Origin: Obrimoposthia wandeli
Taxonomy: Eukaryota
Length of the DNA stretch: 64,000 nucleotides
NCBI GenBank assembly: GCA_977020255.1
Contig: CDROCS010000253.1
Coordinates: forward strand, 4,526,001-4,590,000
Reading direction: 5' to 3'
Part shown: piece after piece, positions 30,337-40,089 of the stretch
Layout: each line of letters starts with the position of its first letter
How positions within the stretch are numbered: position 1 is the first letter of the stretch
Translations under genes and position numbers: made by a program
Notes under the pieces: model-generated
Told to the model about the DNA's origin: nothing
What the model saw: only the letters and a program-made list of their open reading frames with translations
The model's database searches: none

Positions 30337-30632
30337 TGCCATTAAAAAACGATAATTTATCTATAGATCTTCACAGATTATGATAATTATTGAATCGTAT
30401 TTTTTGGGCTGTAGCTAGATTGGTAAAATAATTAAAGTTCTTGCGTCAAAAGTCATGAATAAATAACAAAGATCTTCACAAGTCGTAGGAAGAAAATGAT
30501 AACTAAGTGCGCATTCCGGACGTTAGCTTCAAGTTTATTTGTCATATAATTTCTAATAAATTATATCTTTCATGTATTATTCAGGCGTATCCTTAATATA
30601 CTGTTACCTAAAGCAACTGAAGATTGATAATT

Positions 30633-32021
30633 ATGAATTGGAAAGATTATGAAAAAGAAGTATATGATTATTTTTCTCAAATATATCCTAATTCTACAAT
30701 TACTTATGATGCAAAAATAATGGGTAGATACTCAAAAAAAGTGCGTCAAGTCGATGTGCTAATTGAAGATGATATCGCTGGATTCCCCCTTAAAGTTGTA
30801 ATTGATGCAAAATATTTTTCTAGAAATATTGATGTTAAGTGCGTTGAGTCATTTATATCAATGCTCGAAGATGTTAATGCGAATCAAGGGCAGTTGGTTA
30901 CACAAAAAGGTTATTCTGAAGCCGCAATCAATCGAGCTTACTATGGCCCTCAAGAATTAGAGCTCGATGTACTAAATTTCGATGCCCTTTTAAGTCATCA
31001 AGGTTTAAAAGCAATACCTTATGCGGGTGAGAATGGGCTAATACTATCCTCTCCATTTGGTTGGGTAATTGATAATAAAAAGCACTCAGGGTTTATTTCT
31101 TGTCTTTATCAGCGAGGTATTAACTTTAAAGAAGCACAGAAAAGAAAGGAGTGGATCTACTTTAACTTCTGGAAAAAAGACAAACATGTCTCAAACATAA
31201 AAGAATTAGTGTCGATGCAGAACGCTCAAATGGAGTCGTCATACACTAGCCTTTGCATAAATGAAATTAGATCACCTGTTAGAAAAGATGGACTGGATAC
31301 ACATATACGCATCGCAAAATATAATGAGCTGCCATGTAATGAGCTCACAGGTTATATAGATTTCGAAGAATTTATCGCATTTTTTGTCCTTTTCACTCCT
31401 GAAGAGCTTCAGGGGCGAAATGTAAGAAAGCTTAATCACCTTCTCCAATATTCTAATCCGCTAAAAGTTAAATTCAACAACACCATAGTTATTAATAAAC
31501 TTAAAGTAGAGCTGTTAGATATCACGATTCCTGTAAAGCGTGCAGCTGCATATAATCAGTTAGCAAATTGGTATTCAGAAATGGATAATGAATGTGAGGC
31601 AATGAACTACAGGAGACTTTGTTGGGATACCGATCCTGAGTATTATGAAAATATTACCCCTCTTATTCTTGGGGAGCTTAAATTTAATAATATAGAGTCT
31701 GCTATTGGCTACTCCGTCGAATTTTTTTCCTTCAACTCAAAGAACCCTCGAGTAATGCAAGATTTCCTTTCATTTTGTGAAGAGGAAAAATACAGAGATT
31801 ATTTTGAACAACTCATTAATAGATTAAAAGCAAAATACGAAGGTAAAAATGAAGCATTAGGTAATATTTTATTTCATTACGCTATATATCTCTGTAACAC
31901 TGAGAAGAAAGACGAATCAATGGAGCACTTCAAACTATCCAGAGATTTATTTTTTAAGGTAGATGAAAATCACTATGCAATAAAGCAAATAAACGACACT
32001 CTTATTGAAAATAACATATAA
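30633..32021 (+). CDS. Mrr-like PD-(D/E)xK restriction endonuclease fused to a long helical/TPR-like C-terminus
   Basis: WKDYEKEV, QVDVLI...VIDAKYF, IDVKCVESF, LVTQKGYSEAA; no adjacent methyltransferase. Confidence 0.8.
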   Translation: MNWKDYEKEVYDYFSQIYPNSTITYDAKIMGRYSKKVRQVDVLIEDDIAGFPLKVVIDAKYFSRNIDVKCVESFISMLEDVNANQGQLVTQKGYSEAAINRAYYGPQELELDVLNFDALLSHQGLKAIPYAGENGLILSSPFGWVIDNKKHSGFISCLYQRGINFKEAQKRKEWIYFNFWKKDKHVSNIKELVSMQNAQMESSYTSLCINEIRSPVRKDGLDTHIRIAKYNELPCNELTGYIDFEEFIAFFVLFTPEELQGRNVRKLNHLLQYSNPLKVKFNNTIVINKLKVELLDITIPVKRAAAYNQLANWYSEMDNECEAMNYRRLCWDTDPEYYENITPLILGELKFNNIESAIGYSVEFFSFNSKNPRVMQDFLSFCEEEKYRDYFEQLINRLKAKYEGKNEALGNILFHYAIYLCNTEKKDESMEHFKLSRDLFFKVDENHYAIKQINDTLIENNI

Positions 32022-32321
32022 GTTAATCTTAGTCGTACCATCAATGATGGCTATTGAAATGTTAACGATACAAAATCTAATCCAAAGCATTGTTTGAAGT
32101 TTATCTGCTTATGTCTGCAAAGTGGCATTAGTGATCATACCCGTGCTTTATTTCAAAGATTAGGGACAATCACAAAACCTACCTAAGATTTTACATTTAT
32201 CATTCGCCAACGCGTGTCTCATTATTTGTAACGATCCACATATCGCTACTTTATCGATTAAATGAATTAAGGTTGTAGCTTCAATTTTAAGATAAACAAT
32301 GCGAATAAATTTCCAAAAACT

Positions 32322-32362
32322 AGGCGCTTGATTGAGTAATAGCTAGCTATTGTAATTGAAAG
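32322..32362. repeat. Decayed internal fragment of the MITE at 499-657
   Basis: AGGCGCTTGATTGAGTAATAGCTAGCTATTGTAATTGAAAG matches 557-597 at 35/41 positions. Confidence 0.65.
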
Positions 32363-32404
32363 TCACAAAGTTATTGGATATTTAGGCCATTGTTAAATGC
32401 TAAC

Positions 32405-33628
32405 TTAATTGTCTCTTAGCGCAACGGTAACAGGCAGGCGCATCGCTTTAATCGCTGGCAGAATGCCACCTAATAAGCCAATGGTTATAGAAAACAGTAA
32501 GGTTTGAGCAATTAAGCCTCTGGATAGCTCAAAATTAAACATCATCTGACTCAAGTTATTGGCATCTTGCGTTGACGCCGTCCAGCCATCAAAAATAAGA
32601 TACAAAGGTAAAATCCCCAATAGCGCTCCAACAAGAGCAATCAACAAAGCTTCAGTGAGAATAGAAAAGCAGATAGCAAAAGCACTAAAACCTATCGCTT
32701 TATGGGTGGCGATTTCCTTGCTACGGCTAGCGATAGTGGCATACATGGTATTGAGCGCCGCAATCATAGCGCCAAGTGCCATAATAAAGGCCACAGGAAA
32801 ACCAACCCAACGTATTAATCGCGTTAAATTTTCCGCCTGGCTAGCAAAGAATTCTTTTTCAACCATTATGCGTAAATTTAAACGCGGATCAGCTTGCCAC
32901 TCTTTATTGAGTGCATCAATATCAGTATTAGCTTTGAGTGCTAACCGAACAGATTGTAAGGTATTGCCGCGTTGATAGTCACTTTGTACCATGCCAATAT
33001 CAGCCCATAACTCAGACTCAAAAACACTATTGTTATCGCTAAAGATACCGCTAATTAACCAACGTGAACCACCTAGAGTAATGGTAGAGCCAACAGTTAA
33101 TACCGGTATTTTTCTAGCTATTGCTTGTCCGATAATGACTTGTCGTAAGCCCGTTTTAAACTTTGCGCCGGCAATGATGTTGAAATTTGGTCTAAAGCGA
33201 TAGGTGCTTTTACTAATGCCTCTTAGCGCTAGTTTTTCAATGTGCTCGTCACCTGCTTTATCAAGATGAGACATTTGAGCATTAACAAACATTTCGGCTG
33301 AAACCAGTGCTTGATTATTACTATCTTTAAGCACTTGAGCATTGTTTGCTAGAATATTAACTTCTGCTGGAAACATAACACTTTGTAATTCTGATATTGC
33401 GCCTGCGCGCATCACAATCAACGTATCGTCAAGACCCGTTCTTTCTAAGGTTTTAACCATACCTTGTGTCATCGCAAGCACAGATAAAATTACCCCGGCA
33501 ACACAGGCAATGCTCAAGATACTCACCGATGAAGCAATAGCTCTATGAGGAAAGCTTTTTAAATTGATTGCTGCTAACGCTATTCCTTGTTTAACTTTAG
33601 CGCGGCTATGATTGATTAGTTGGGCCAT
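32405..33628 (-). CDS. MacB/FtsX-type ABC transporter permease
   Basis: VMRAGAISELQS, VLRGI-like ALRGIS, NTMYATIASRSKEIATHKAIGF, GGILPAIKA. Confidence 0.9.
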   Translation of the reverse strand: MAQLINHSRAKVKQGIALAAINLKSFPHRAIASSVSILSIACVAGVILSVLAMTQGMVKTLERTGLDDTLIVMRAGAISELQSVMFPAEVNILANNAQVLKDSNNQALVSAEMFVNAQMSHLDKAGDEHIEKLALRGISKSTYRFRPNFNIIAGAKFKTGLRQVIIGQAIARKIPVLTVGSTITLGGSRWLISGIFSDNNSVFESELWADIGMVQSDYQRGNTLQSVRLALKANTDIDALNKEWQADPRLNLRIMVEKEFFASQAENLTRLIRWVGFPVAFIMALGAMIAALNTMYATIASRSKEIATHKAIGFSAFAICFSILTEALLIALVGALLGILPLYLIFDGWTASTQDANNLSQMMFNFELSRGLIAQTLLFSITIGLLGGILPAIKAMRLPVTVALRDN

Positions 33629-34788
33629 TATGCTTTTGCTCCTAAGGTAGTACTGATGGTTAATCGCTTTAGCGCTAAAGCGGGTAATAAACTACACAGG
33701 GTTGCGGCAAGAAAAACCAGTAAAATAACATTAAAATAATGCCCGTTATCAATGGCTATGCCTGGCAGGAAATCCGCAAACAAGTGACTAACATAAACTA
33801 AGCATAACTGTGCAAACACGCAGCCAAATGATGCTCCAAGTGCCAGCAGAAAAAATGACTCTATATACACTTGAGTTATCAAGAAACGACTAGAGAAACC
33901 CAGTGCTTTCATCATGGCACTTTCATTTAAACGTTCTCGATTACTTTGCACCATGGTATTGCACACAATTAATAACAAAGTAAAAAATACCGCAATAACA
34001 ACTATTTTAATAACCATCGCCATATCAACAAATTGTTGTACCCGCTCTTTAATAAATACTTGCTCAGTGGTTGTTCTGGTCGCGCCATTAGAATTAGCAA
34101 ATAAAGTATCTATCTGCTGACTTACTTCATCTACATCAGCTTGCTCTGCGACTTTAGGCGTGAACCAACTCACCGTATTTCGAGCATAAGCTCGACCTTT
34201 ATCAAAATAGGCATGTTGGAAGAATATTTGCTTTTCATCACGTGTATTATCTGCACCTTGATAGATTGCAGACACCGTAAATTGCCAAGTAAAAATACCA
34301 TCTCTATTCATCCAAATGGAAGAGCTTAGTGGCACTTTATCGCCAACTTTCCAGCCATATTTATTGGCAATAGCTTGCCCGACCACAAGTCCTGTACGCG
34401 TATTTTTCCATTGTTCAAGCTGCGATTTAGCTATGTCATATTCATCGAACATTTCAAAGTAGCTGTTATGGTCAACAGCCAACACTGCAAGCTGATTCGT
34501 TTCATCTTTGAAATAACCGCCAAACCAAGAGGCATAACTAACACTATCCACGCCAGCAATAGCAGAAATCTTTTGTTGGTAATTAATAGGTAAAGAACGC
34601 GCAAGGGATATTTTATGACTGGTAAGTAGTCTATATTGATTATTACTGCTGACATTACTCGTTAGTGCATGATTAATACCAGCTAAAATAGAAAATAAAA
34701 AAAAAGCAATCATTACGGATATACAGGTCAAACTAAAGCGTGTTTTTTTACGAAAACTATTACGCCAAACTAGCTGAAATATATTCAT
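33628..34788 (-). CDS. MacB/FtsX-type ABC transporter permease
   Basis: RNSFRKKTR, SLPINY, NTMVQSNRERLNESAMMKALGFS; translational coupling with neighbours. Confidence 0.9.
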   Translation of the reverse strand: MNIFQLVWRNSFRKKTRFSLTCISVMIAFFLFSILAGINHALTSNVSSNNQYRLLTSHKISLARSLPINYQQKISAIAGVDSVSYASWFGGYFKDETNQLAVLAVDHNSYFEMFDEYDIAKSQLEQWKNTRTGLVVGQAIANKYGWKVGDKVPLSSSIWMNRDGIFTWQFTVSAIYQGADNTRDEKQIFFQHAYFDKGRAYARNTVSWFTPKVAEQADVDEVSQQIDTLFANSNGATRTTTEQVFIKERVQQFVDMAMVIKIVVIAVFFTLLLIVCNTMVQSNRERLNESAMMKALGFSSRFLITQVYIESFFLLALGASFGCVFAQLCLVYVSHLFADFLPGIAIDNGHYFNVILLVFLAATLCSLLPALALKRLTISTTLGAKA

Positions 34789-35513
34789 GAGTTAGCCTCA
34801 ACCGCAGACAAGTGGCTTTGCTTGCCCTCTTCAATATACTGTTCTAAATTAATGACTCTGCTGGCATATTCACTCGCCCTTAAATCATGCGTCACCATAA
34901 CAATCGTTTTGCCAAAGTCTTTATTAAGCGTGGCTAATAATGTCAAAATTTCATCAGCAGTTTTTCTGTCTAAATTTCCGGTCGGCTCATCACACAAAAT
35001 AATTTTAGGATCACTGACAATGGCGCGAGCAATGGCAACACGTTGCTCTTGACCACCAGATAGCTCTTTAGGTAAGTGTTTAGCTCTATCTTGCATTCCG
35101 ACTAAACGCAGCGCTAAGCTAGCATGTTGTTTTCTTTGTTTGCTATTTAATGGTGTTAACAACAAAGGCAGCTCAACATTACCTTGCGCGGTTAATACCG
35201 GTAATAAATGATGTGACTGGAAAACAAAGCCAATATTTTCAGCGCGCCATGTTGATAATTTTCCCTCTGATAAGGTATCAATTCGCTGTTCACCGATAGT
35301 AACACTACCTGAGGTTGGTAAATCTAATCCGCCAATTAAATGCAATAATGTGCTTTTCCCTAGTCCTGAAGGCCCCATTAAGGCGACAAACTCACCTTCT
35401 GCTATCGATAAATTAAAATCGTCATGCACAACAACGTTATTGTTACCTTTTTGGTAACTTTTATTTATTTTATGTAAGTGAATGGCTATTTTATTTTGAT
35501 TATTAATTTTCAT
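34785..35513 (-). CDS. ABC transporter ATP-binding protein (LolD/MacB-like)
   Basis: GPSGLGKST, LSGGQEQRVAIARA, CDEPTGNLD, MVTHD. Confidence 0.95.
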   Translation of the reverse strand: MKINNQNKIAIHLHKINKSYQKGNNNVVVHDDFNLSIAEGEFVALMGPSGLGKSTLLHLIGGLDLPTSGSVTIGEQRIDTLSEGKLSTWRAENIGFVFQSHHLLPVLTAQGNVELPLLLTPLNSKQRKQHASLALRLVGMQDRAKHLPKELSGGQEQRVAIARAIVSDPKIILCDEPTGNLDRKTADEILTLLATLNKDFGKTIVMVTHDLRASEYASRVINLEQYIEEGKQSHLSAVEANS

Positions 35514-35617
35514 AATATTTACCTAACTGTTTGTGAGTTATCTATAAGCTACGTTGAGCCATTTTGAGTTACTTACGAGTGATGTAGTACCGCGTTTTCT
35601 TGTTGTAACACTGTTTA

Positions 35618-36679
35618 TTAGCCTTTTAAAAAGCTAACCTTCACTCCCATATCAGGTAGTATTCTTCCATCTTTGGTATGTAACTTAACGCGTACTTTAA
35701 TACTGGCTTTTTGTCTGTCTGCCGTAGGGATAACAGCAATTACTTCACTGGCTATTTGCCAATTAGGGTATGCGTCTAACGTTGCGATGGTTTTTTGGTT
35801 GGCGTGAACACGATTGATATAACTTTCAGCAACCTCCACCTCTACTTCTAATGAACTCATATCAACAATAGTGCCAACACCTGTTCGGATAAAACCACCG
35901 CCAGAAGATCCTGAAGAGATAAGCTCACCTACTTGGGCATTCTTACTGATAACAACACCATCAAATGGCGCACGTATTTTGTGTTGTTCTAATTGGTATT
36001 GAGCGAGAGCCACTTTCTGTTGACTGAAATCTATTAAAGCTTTTTTGTTAGTTAATTGCGCAGCAATTTTTTCCGTAATAAAACGACTATCATCAAGAAA
36101 TTGCTCACTAATAAGTGATTTATTAAATAAGGTAAGTTGACGTTCTAAGCGTTTTAATTCGTGTAGATGCACTATATTCAGCTCATGAAAACGTGCTTTA
36201 TTAGCGGCTAAATCAGCTTGTGCTAATTGGTAAGAGATTCTGGCTTGTCTGTCATCTAACTCAGCTATTATTTGGTTGCTTTGAACGCGTTGTCCTTCTT
36301 CAATATTTAATTTTTTTAACTTGCCCGTGACACGTGATGACACCGTAGCAATTCGTCTAGCAACAATATGTCCGCTTGCATCGAGCACTGAACTGTTAAC
36401 GATTGTTTCGATAGCTTTATTTAGATGCTTATTGGCTTTTATGCCCTTATCTACAATTAAAGTAGTATTCTCAGTATTGGCTAGTTGAGTACTTTTACTT
36501 GGCGCTAAACCTTGACTGTTTAAGTGATAAACGGCTGGAATAACAAAAGCGCCACTAAAGGCTAATAAAGATAAAATGACAAATAATGCCTTTTTAACCA
36601 TTGATGAAAATAAAGGGTTTTTGTTATGGGTAATACTTCGATCAATGGTGAGTTGTTCAATATCTAAATTGCGCGGCAT
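35618..36679 (-). CDS. Periplasmic adaptor (MacA-like membrane fusion protein)
   Basis: ASGHIVARRIATVSS, IEEGQRV, IRAPFDGVV, PDMGVKVSF. Confidence 0.92.
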   Translation of the reverse strand: MPRNLDIEQLTIDRSITHNKNPLFSSMVKKALFVILSLLAFSGAFVIPAVYHLNSQGLAPSKSTQLANTENTTLIVDKGIKANKHLNKAIETIVNSSVLDASGHIVARRIATVSSRVTGKLKKLNIEEGQRVQSNQIIAELDDRQARISYQLAQADLAANKARFHELNIVHLHELKRLERQLTLFNKSLISEQFLDDSRFITEKIAAQLTNKKALIDFSQQKVALAQYQLEQHKIRAPFDGVVISKNAQVGELISSGSSGGGFIRTGVGTIVDMSSLEVEVEVAESYINRVHANQKTIATLDAYPNWQIASEVIAVIPTADRQKASIKVRVKLHTKDGRILPDMGVKVSFLKG

Positions 36680-36734
36680 TACATTCTCCTAATAAGTTAA
36701 GAGAATGATAAGAATTGTTGGCTTAGTTAAATAG

Positions 36735-36780
36735 TGCCAAAAGTAATGGTTTTAAGTCAGTCAATAGGTGACTTTTGGCT
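36735..36780. promoter_or_regulatory. Inverted-repeat operator, 13-20-13, upstream of ABC operon
   Basis: TGCCAAAAGTAAT-N20-GTGACTTTTGGCT; same arms and spacing as 30291-30336. Confidence 0.65.
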
Positions 36781-36789
36781 ACTGAGTAA

Positions 36790-37158
36790 CTAAACGTATA
36801 AATCTAGATGTTTAGGTTTATTATTTTTCTGATCAGCTTGTTCATCAGATTTTTTTGACTCTATTGATTGTTCGGGTAAATTTTGAGCTGATAATTCATC
36901 GTGCTTCGATTCTGGATCTTCTCTGACAGTGTTTTGCTGAGTATGCGGATCTTCTTTACTATCCTGTTTAGCCTCTTGCTGGCTAGCATGATATTGATCT
37001 TCTTCCTTGGTAAAATAATATTCATGATTTTCAAGATGATCCGTATCTTGCTCCAGTTTACCGGTGGCCGCTTCTTTGAGTAGTGCTTTAACCTTTAAGC
37101 TTGCTGGCTTAATAGGCATAGGGACTACACGTGTTAGTTGAGTAGTAAAAATATCCAT
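36790..37158 (-). CDS. Hypothetical protein (122 aa, acidic/disordered, ends KHLDLYV)
   Basis: GAGGAA RBS before ATG 37158; sigma28-like promoter upstream. Confidence 0.7.
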   Translation of the reverse strand: MDIFTTQLTRVVPMPIKPASLKVKALLKEAATGKLEQDTDHLENHEYYFTKEEDQYHASQQEAKQDSKEDPHTQQNTVREDPESKHDELSAQNLPEQSIESKKSDEQADQKNNKPKHLDLYV

Positions 37159-37215
37159 TTTTAGTTCCTCCGCAGTTTCAAAATCGCTAATAAATAAGTA
37201 CATTGTATTACCTTA

Positions 37216-37242
37216 TTATCGACCATATGCTGATAATCTTAA
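37216..37242 (-). promoter_or_regulatory. sigma28 (FliA)-type promoter
   Basis: Minus strand TTAAGATT-N11-GTCGATAA versus consensus TAAAGTTT-N11-GCCGATAA (13/16). Confidence 0.65.
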
Positions 37243-37464
37243 GTAATAAATTTTAACAGGTCCACACAGTCAGTTTAGAGTAATAACTTTAAGTAAGATT
37301 CATATAACAAATGGTAATAAAAAACGTTTATTTATTACTTGCAGGCACCTTAATTAAGCAGTAGTGTTAACAACATCAAACAAATTATTTTTCTAGCTGT
37401 TAATTTAATTTTACAACACTACCAAGTTAACAGCAAAGGACTCACTATTAGAGACTTTTTACCC

Positions 37465-37512
37465 ATGATTATTAACCTGAATAGCCGACATCATCACCAT
37501 CACTACAACTAG
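37465..37512 (+). CDS. hisL: his operon leader peptide MIINLNSRHHHHHYN (not in ORF track)
   Basis: Five consecutive His codons ahead of attenuator hairpins and hisG. Confidence 0.9.
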   Translation: MIINLNSRHHHHHYN

Positions 37513-37616
37513 CCCATTCAGGTTTACTTAATTAGTAAATTACTGAAGGGCAACTGGCCTCTCAGTGGTTTATAAAAGCATAATACACTCTCTTAATAGA
37601 AGTAACTGTAATTGCT

Positions 37617-37654
37617 AAACCCCCGAAAGAGTCACGACTCTCTCGGGGGTTTTT
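37617..37654 (+). terminator. his attenuator terminator
   Basis: AAACCCCCGAAAGAGTC-ac-GACTCTCTCGGGGGTTTTT between leader and hisG; alternative hairpin at 37512-37553. Confidence 0.9.
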
Positions 37655-37724
37655 CGCATTTAGCGAATAATAAATTGTATATACATGACAAATTTTAAGA
37701 TTATAAAGGATAGGAATTAACATT

Positions 37725-38627
37725 ATGAGCACATCAGAGCCACGTTTACGCATTGCCATGCAAAAGTCAGGACGCCTAAGTGAAGATACCCAAAAACTCC
37801 TTAAGCTTTGTGGATTAAAGTTAAATTTAAGCGATAGAAGATTATTAGCTCATGTAAGTAATATGCCTATTGATATTATGCGTGTGCGTAGTAGCGATAT
37901 TCCCGGTTTGGTTATGGACGGCGTTTGTGATTTAGGCATCGTTGGTGATAACACGCTGGAAGAAGAAGAGTTAGATCGCCAGTTAAAAGGCAACAAGTCT
38001 GGCTACATTCGTACTACCACATTAGATTTTGGCGGTTGTCGTTTTTCAATTGCGATGCCTGAAGAATTTGAATACACGGGCTTAGCATGTTTAGACGGCT
38101 TACGTTTTGCCACAACTTACCCACAATTATTAAATCGTTTTGCTAAAGCTAATGGCATTAACGTGGAATTTTGTTTGTTAAAAGGTTCAGTTGAAGTAGC
38201 ACCTCGCGTCGGCTTAGCTGACGGTATTTGTGACTTAGTTTCTACCGGCGCAACGCTTGAAGCTAATGGCTTAAAAGAAGTGGCTGAAGTATTCCGTTCA
38301 AAGGCATCACTGATCCAACGAGCTGATCCCTTATGTGAAGAAAAACAAGCTATTTTAGATACCTTATTACCACGTGTTCACGGCGTAATGAAAGCCAAAG
38401 AAAGCAAATACATTATGCTGCACGCGCCAAAAGATAAAATAGCTGAAGTCAGCAAATTAATGCCAGGCACAGAAACACCCACTATTTTGCCACTTGCAGA
38501 GCGTGACGATATGGTCGCTGTGCACGTAGTCGCAACAGAAACATTCTTTTGGGAAACGATGGAAGATTTAAAAGCTTTAGGTTGTCATTCCATACTTGTC
38601 ATGCCAATAGAGAAAATGATGGGCTAA
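37725..38627 (+). CDS. hisG: ATP phosphoribosyltransferase (long form)
   Basis: [44 protein letters not shown]. Confidence 0.97.
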   Translation: MSTSEPRLRIAMQKSGRLSEDTQKLLKLCGLKLNLSDRRLLAHVSNMPIDIMRVRSSDIPGLVMDGVCDLGIVGDNTLEEEELDRQLKGNKSGYIRTTTLDFGGCRFSIAMPEEFEYTGLACLDGLRFATTYPQLLNRFAKANGINVEFCLLKGSVEVAPRVGLADGICDLVSTGATLEANGLKEVAEVFRSKASLIQRADPLCEEKQAILDTLLPRVHGVMKAKESKYIMLHAPKDKIAEVSKLMPGTETPTILPLAERDDMVAVHVVATETFFWETMEDLKALGCHSILVMPIEKMMG

Positions 38628-38643
38628 ATTCACTTACCTCATT

Positions 38644-38727
38644 GCTAGTAGGCGCAAGTTCGGCATCGAAAGTACTCACTGACTAACGTCAGCTCCGTGC
38701 TAGCTCTTTGCTCTTGCACCGACTAGC
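38644..38727. repeat. Long imperfect palindromic insert between hisG and hisD
   Basis: GCTAGT/ACTAGC, GGCGCAAG/CTTGCACC and central CTGAC-taac-GTCAG nested stems. Confidence 0.5.
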
Positions 38728-38782
38728 TTCGAGCTAAGAAAATTACATTGAATATTGTAAATATTAATACCGAGACAGAATT

Positions 38783-40087
38783 ATGATTAATCAACTAATC
38801 AATTGGCAAGAATTATCAGAGCAACAAAGAAATAGCGCACTTGCTCGACCTGCAATAGCAGATAGCGCTTTATTATCAACGCAAGTTGCCAATATTATTT
38901 CTCGCGTTAAAAATCAAGGTGATAAAGCTATTTATGCGTTAACTGAACAGTTTGACGGTATAGCATTATCCACGTTAACAGTGACGCCTGAGCAAATTAG
39001 CAAAGCTAAATTAGCACTGACAGACAAACGTTTAAAAGCAATAAACACTGCTTATCAGCAAATAAAAGCATTTCATAGTGCACAACAGCCGACAGATATA
39101 ACGGTTGAAACTACGCCTGGCGTTAAGTGCACCTTAAAAACTGAAGCGATTGAAAGTGTTGGCCTATATATTCCTGCTGGCTCTGCGCCATTACCATCAA
39201 CAGTATTAATGTTAGGTGTTCCAGCGCAACTTACCGGTTGTCAACGTACCGCGCTTGTTTGTCCACCTGATAAAAATGGCCAACTAGCAAATGAAGTATT
39301 AGTAGCCGCTGATCTTTGTGGTATTAATGAAATATACACAGTCGGTGGCGCACAAGCTATTGCAGCACTCGCTTACGGTACACAAACAATAGCCGCGGTA
39401 AATAAAGTATTTGGCCCTGGTAACCGTTATGTTACTGAAGCAAAAACACAGCTATCACAACAAGTTCCTGGCTTTGCTATTGATATGCCGGCGGGTCCTT
39501 CTGAAGTGTTAGTCATCGCAGATAAACAAGCAAACCCAGCATTTATTGCTGCCGATTTATTATCGCAAGCTGAACACGGTGTTGACAGCCAAGTGATACT
39601 GCTAACAGATAGTGAATTTTTAATTACACAAGTATCTGAAGAACTAGAAAAACAATTAGCTCTATTATCACGACGTAAAATAGCTGAGCAAGCGTTAACG
39701 CAGTCTCGCTTAATTTTAACTAAAGATTTATCTCAAGCGGTTGCAGTGTCTAATCAATACGGCCCAGAGCATTTAATCATTCAAACTGAAGATGCACCAA
39801 CCTTACTTGCCTGTTTACGTAACGCTGGTTCAATTTTTGTTGGTGCTTATACGCCTGAATCTGCTGGTGATTACGCGAGTGGCACCAATCACGTATTACC
39901 TACTTATGGCTATTCAAAGGTGATATCAAGCTTATCACTGGCTGATTTTTCTCGCCGCTATACCGTGCAAGAAATTACCAAAGCAGGTTTAGCAAGTTTA
40001 GCTGAGTGTATTATCGAATTAACCGATGCCGAAGGTTTAGATGCACACCAGCGCGCCGTTACCATTCGCTTAGAAGAAGGTAATTAG
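38783..40087 (+). CDS. hisD: Histidinol dehydrogenase
   Basis: GLYIPAG, FGPGNRYV, IDMPAGPSE, SQAEHG, GDYASGTNHVLPT. Confidence 0.98.
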   Translation: MINQLINWQELSEQQRNSALARPAIADSALLSTQVANIISRVKNQGDKAIYALTEQFDGIALSTLTVTPEQISKAKLALTDKRLKAINTAYQQIKAFHSAQQPTDITVETTPGVKCTLKTEAIESVGLYIPAGSAPLPSTVLMLGVPAQLTGCQRTALVCPPDKNGQLANEVLVAADLCGINEIYTVGGAQAIAALAYGTQTIAAVNKVFGPGNRYVTEAKTQLSQQVPGFAIDMPAGPSEVLVIADKQANPAFIAADLLSQAEHGVDSQVILLTDSEFLITQVSEELEKQLALLSRRKIAEQALTQSRLILTKDLSQAVAVSNQYGPEHLIIQTEDAPTLLACLRNAGSIFVGAYTPESAGDYASGTNHVLPTYGYSKVISSLSLADFSRRYTVQEITKAGLASLAECIIELTDAEGLDAHQRAVTIRLEEGN

Positions 40088-40089
40088 TT

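Noticed and set aside
30495-30530. TAAC...GTTAGC upstream of the nuclease and AATAACATATAA at its end, as possible integron attC sites
   Set aside because: Neither fits RYYYAAC/GTTRRRY properly, there is no attC-length palindrome, and no integrase or cassette array is present.
34785-35513. Walker A GPSGLGKST (Leu for the usual Ser) as a sign of an inactive ATPase
   Set aside because: Still fits GxxGxGKS/T; signature, Walker B and H-loop are intact.
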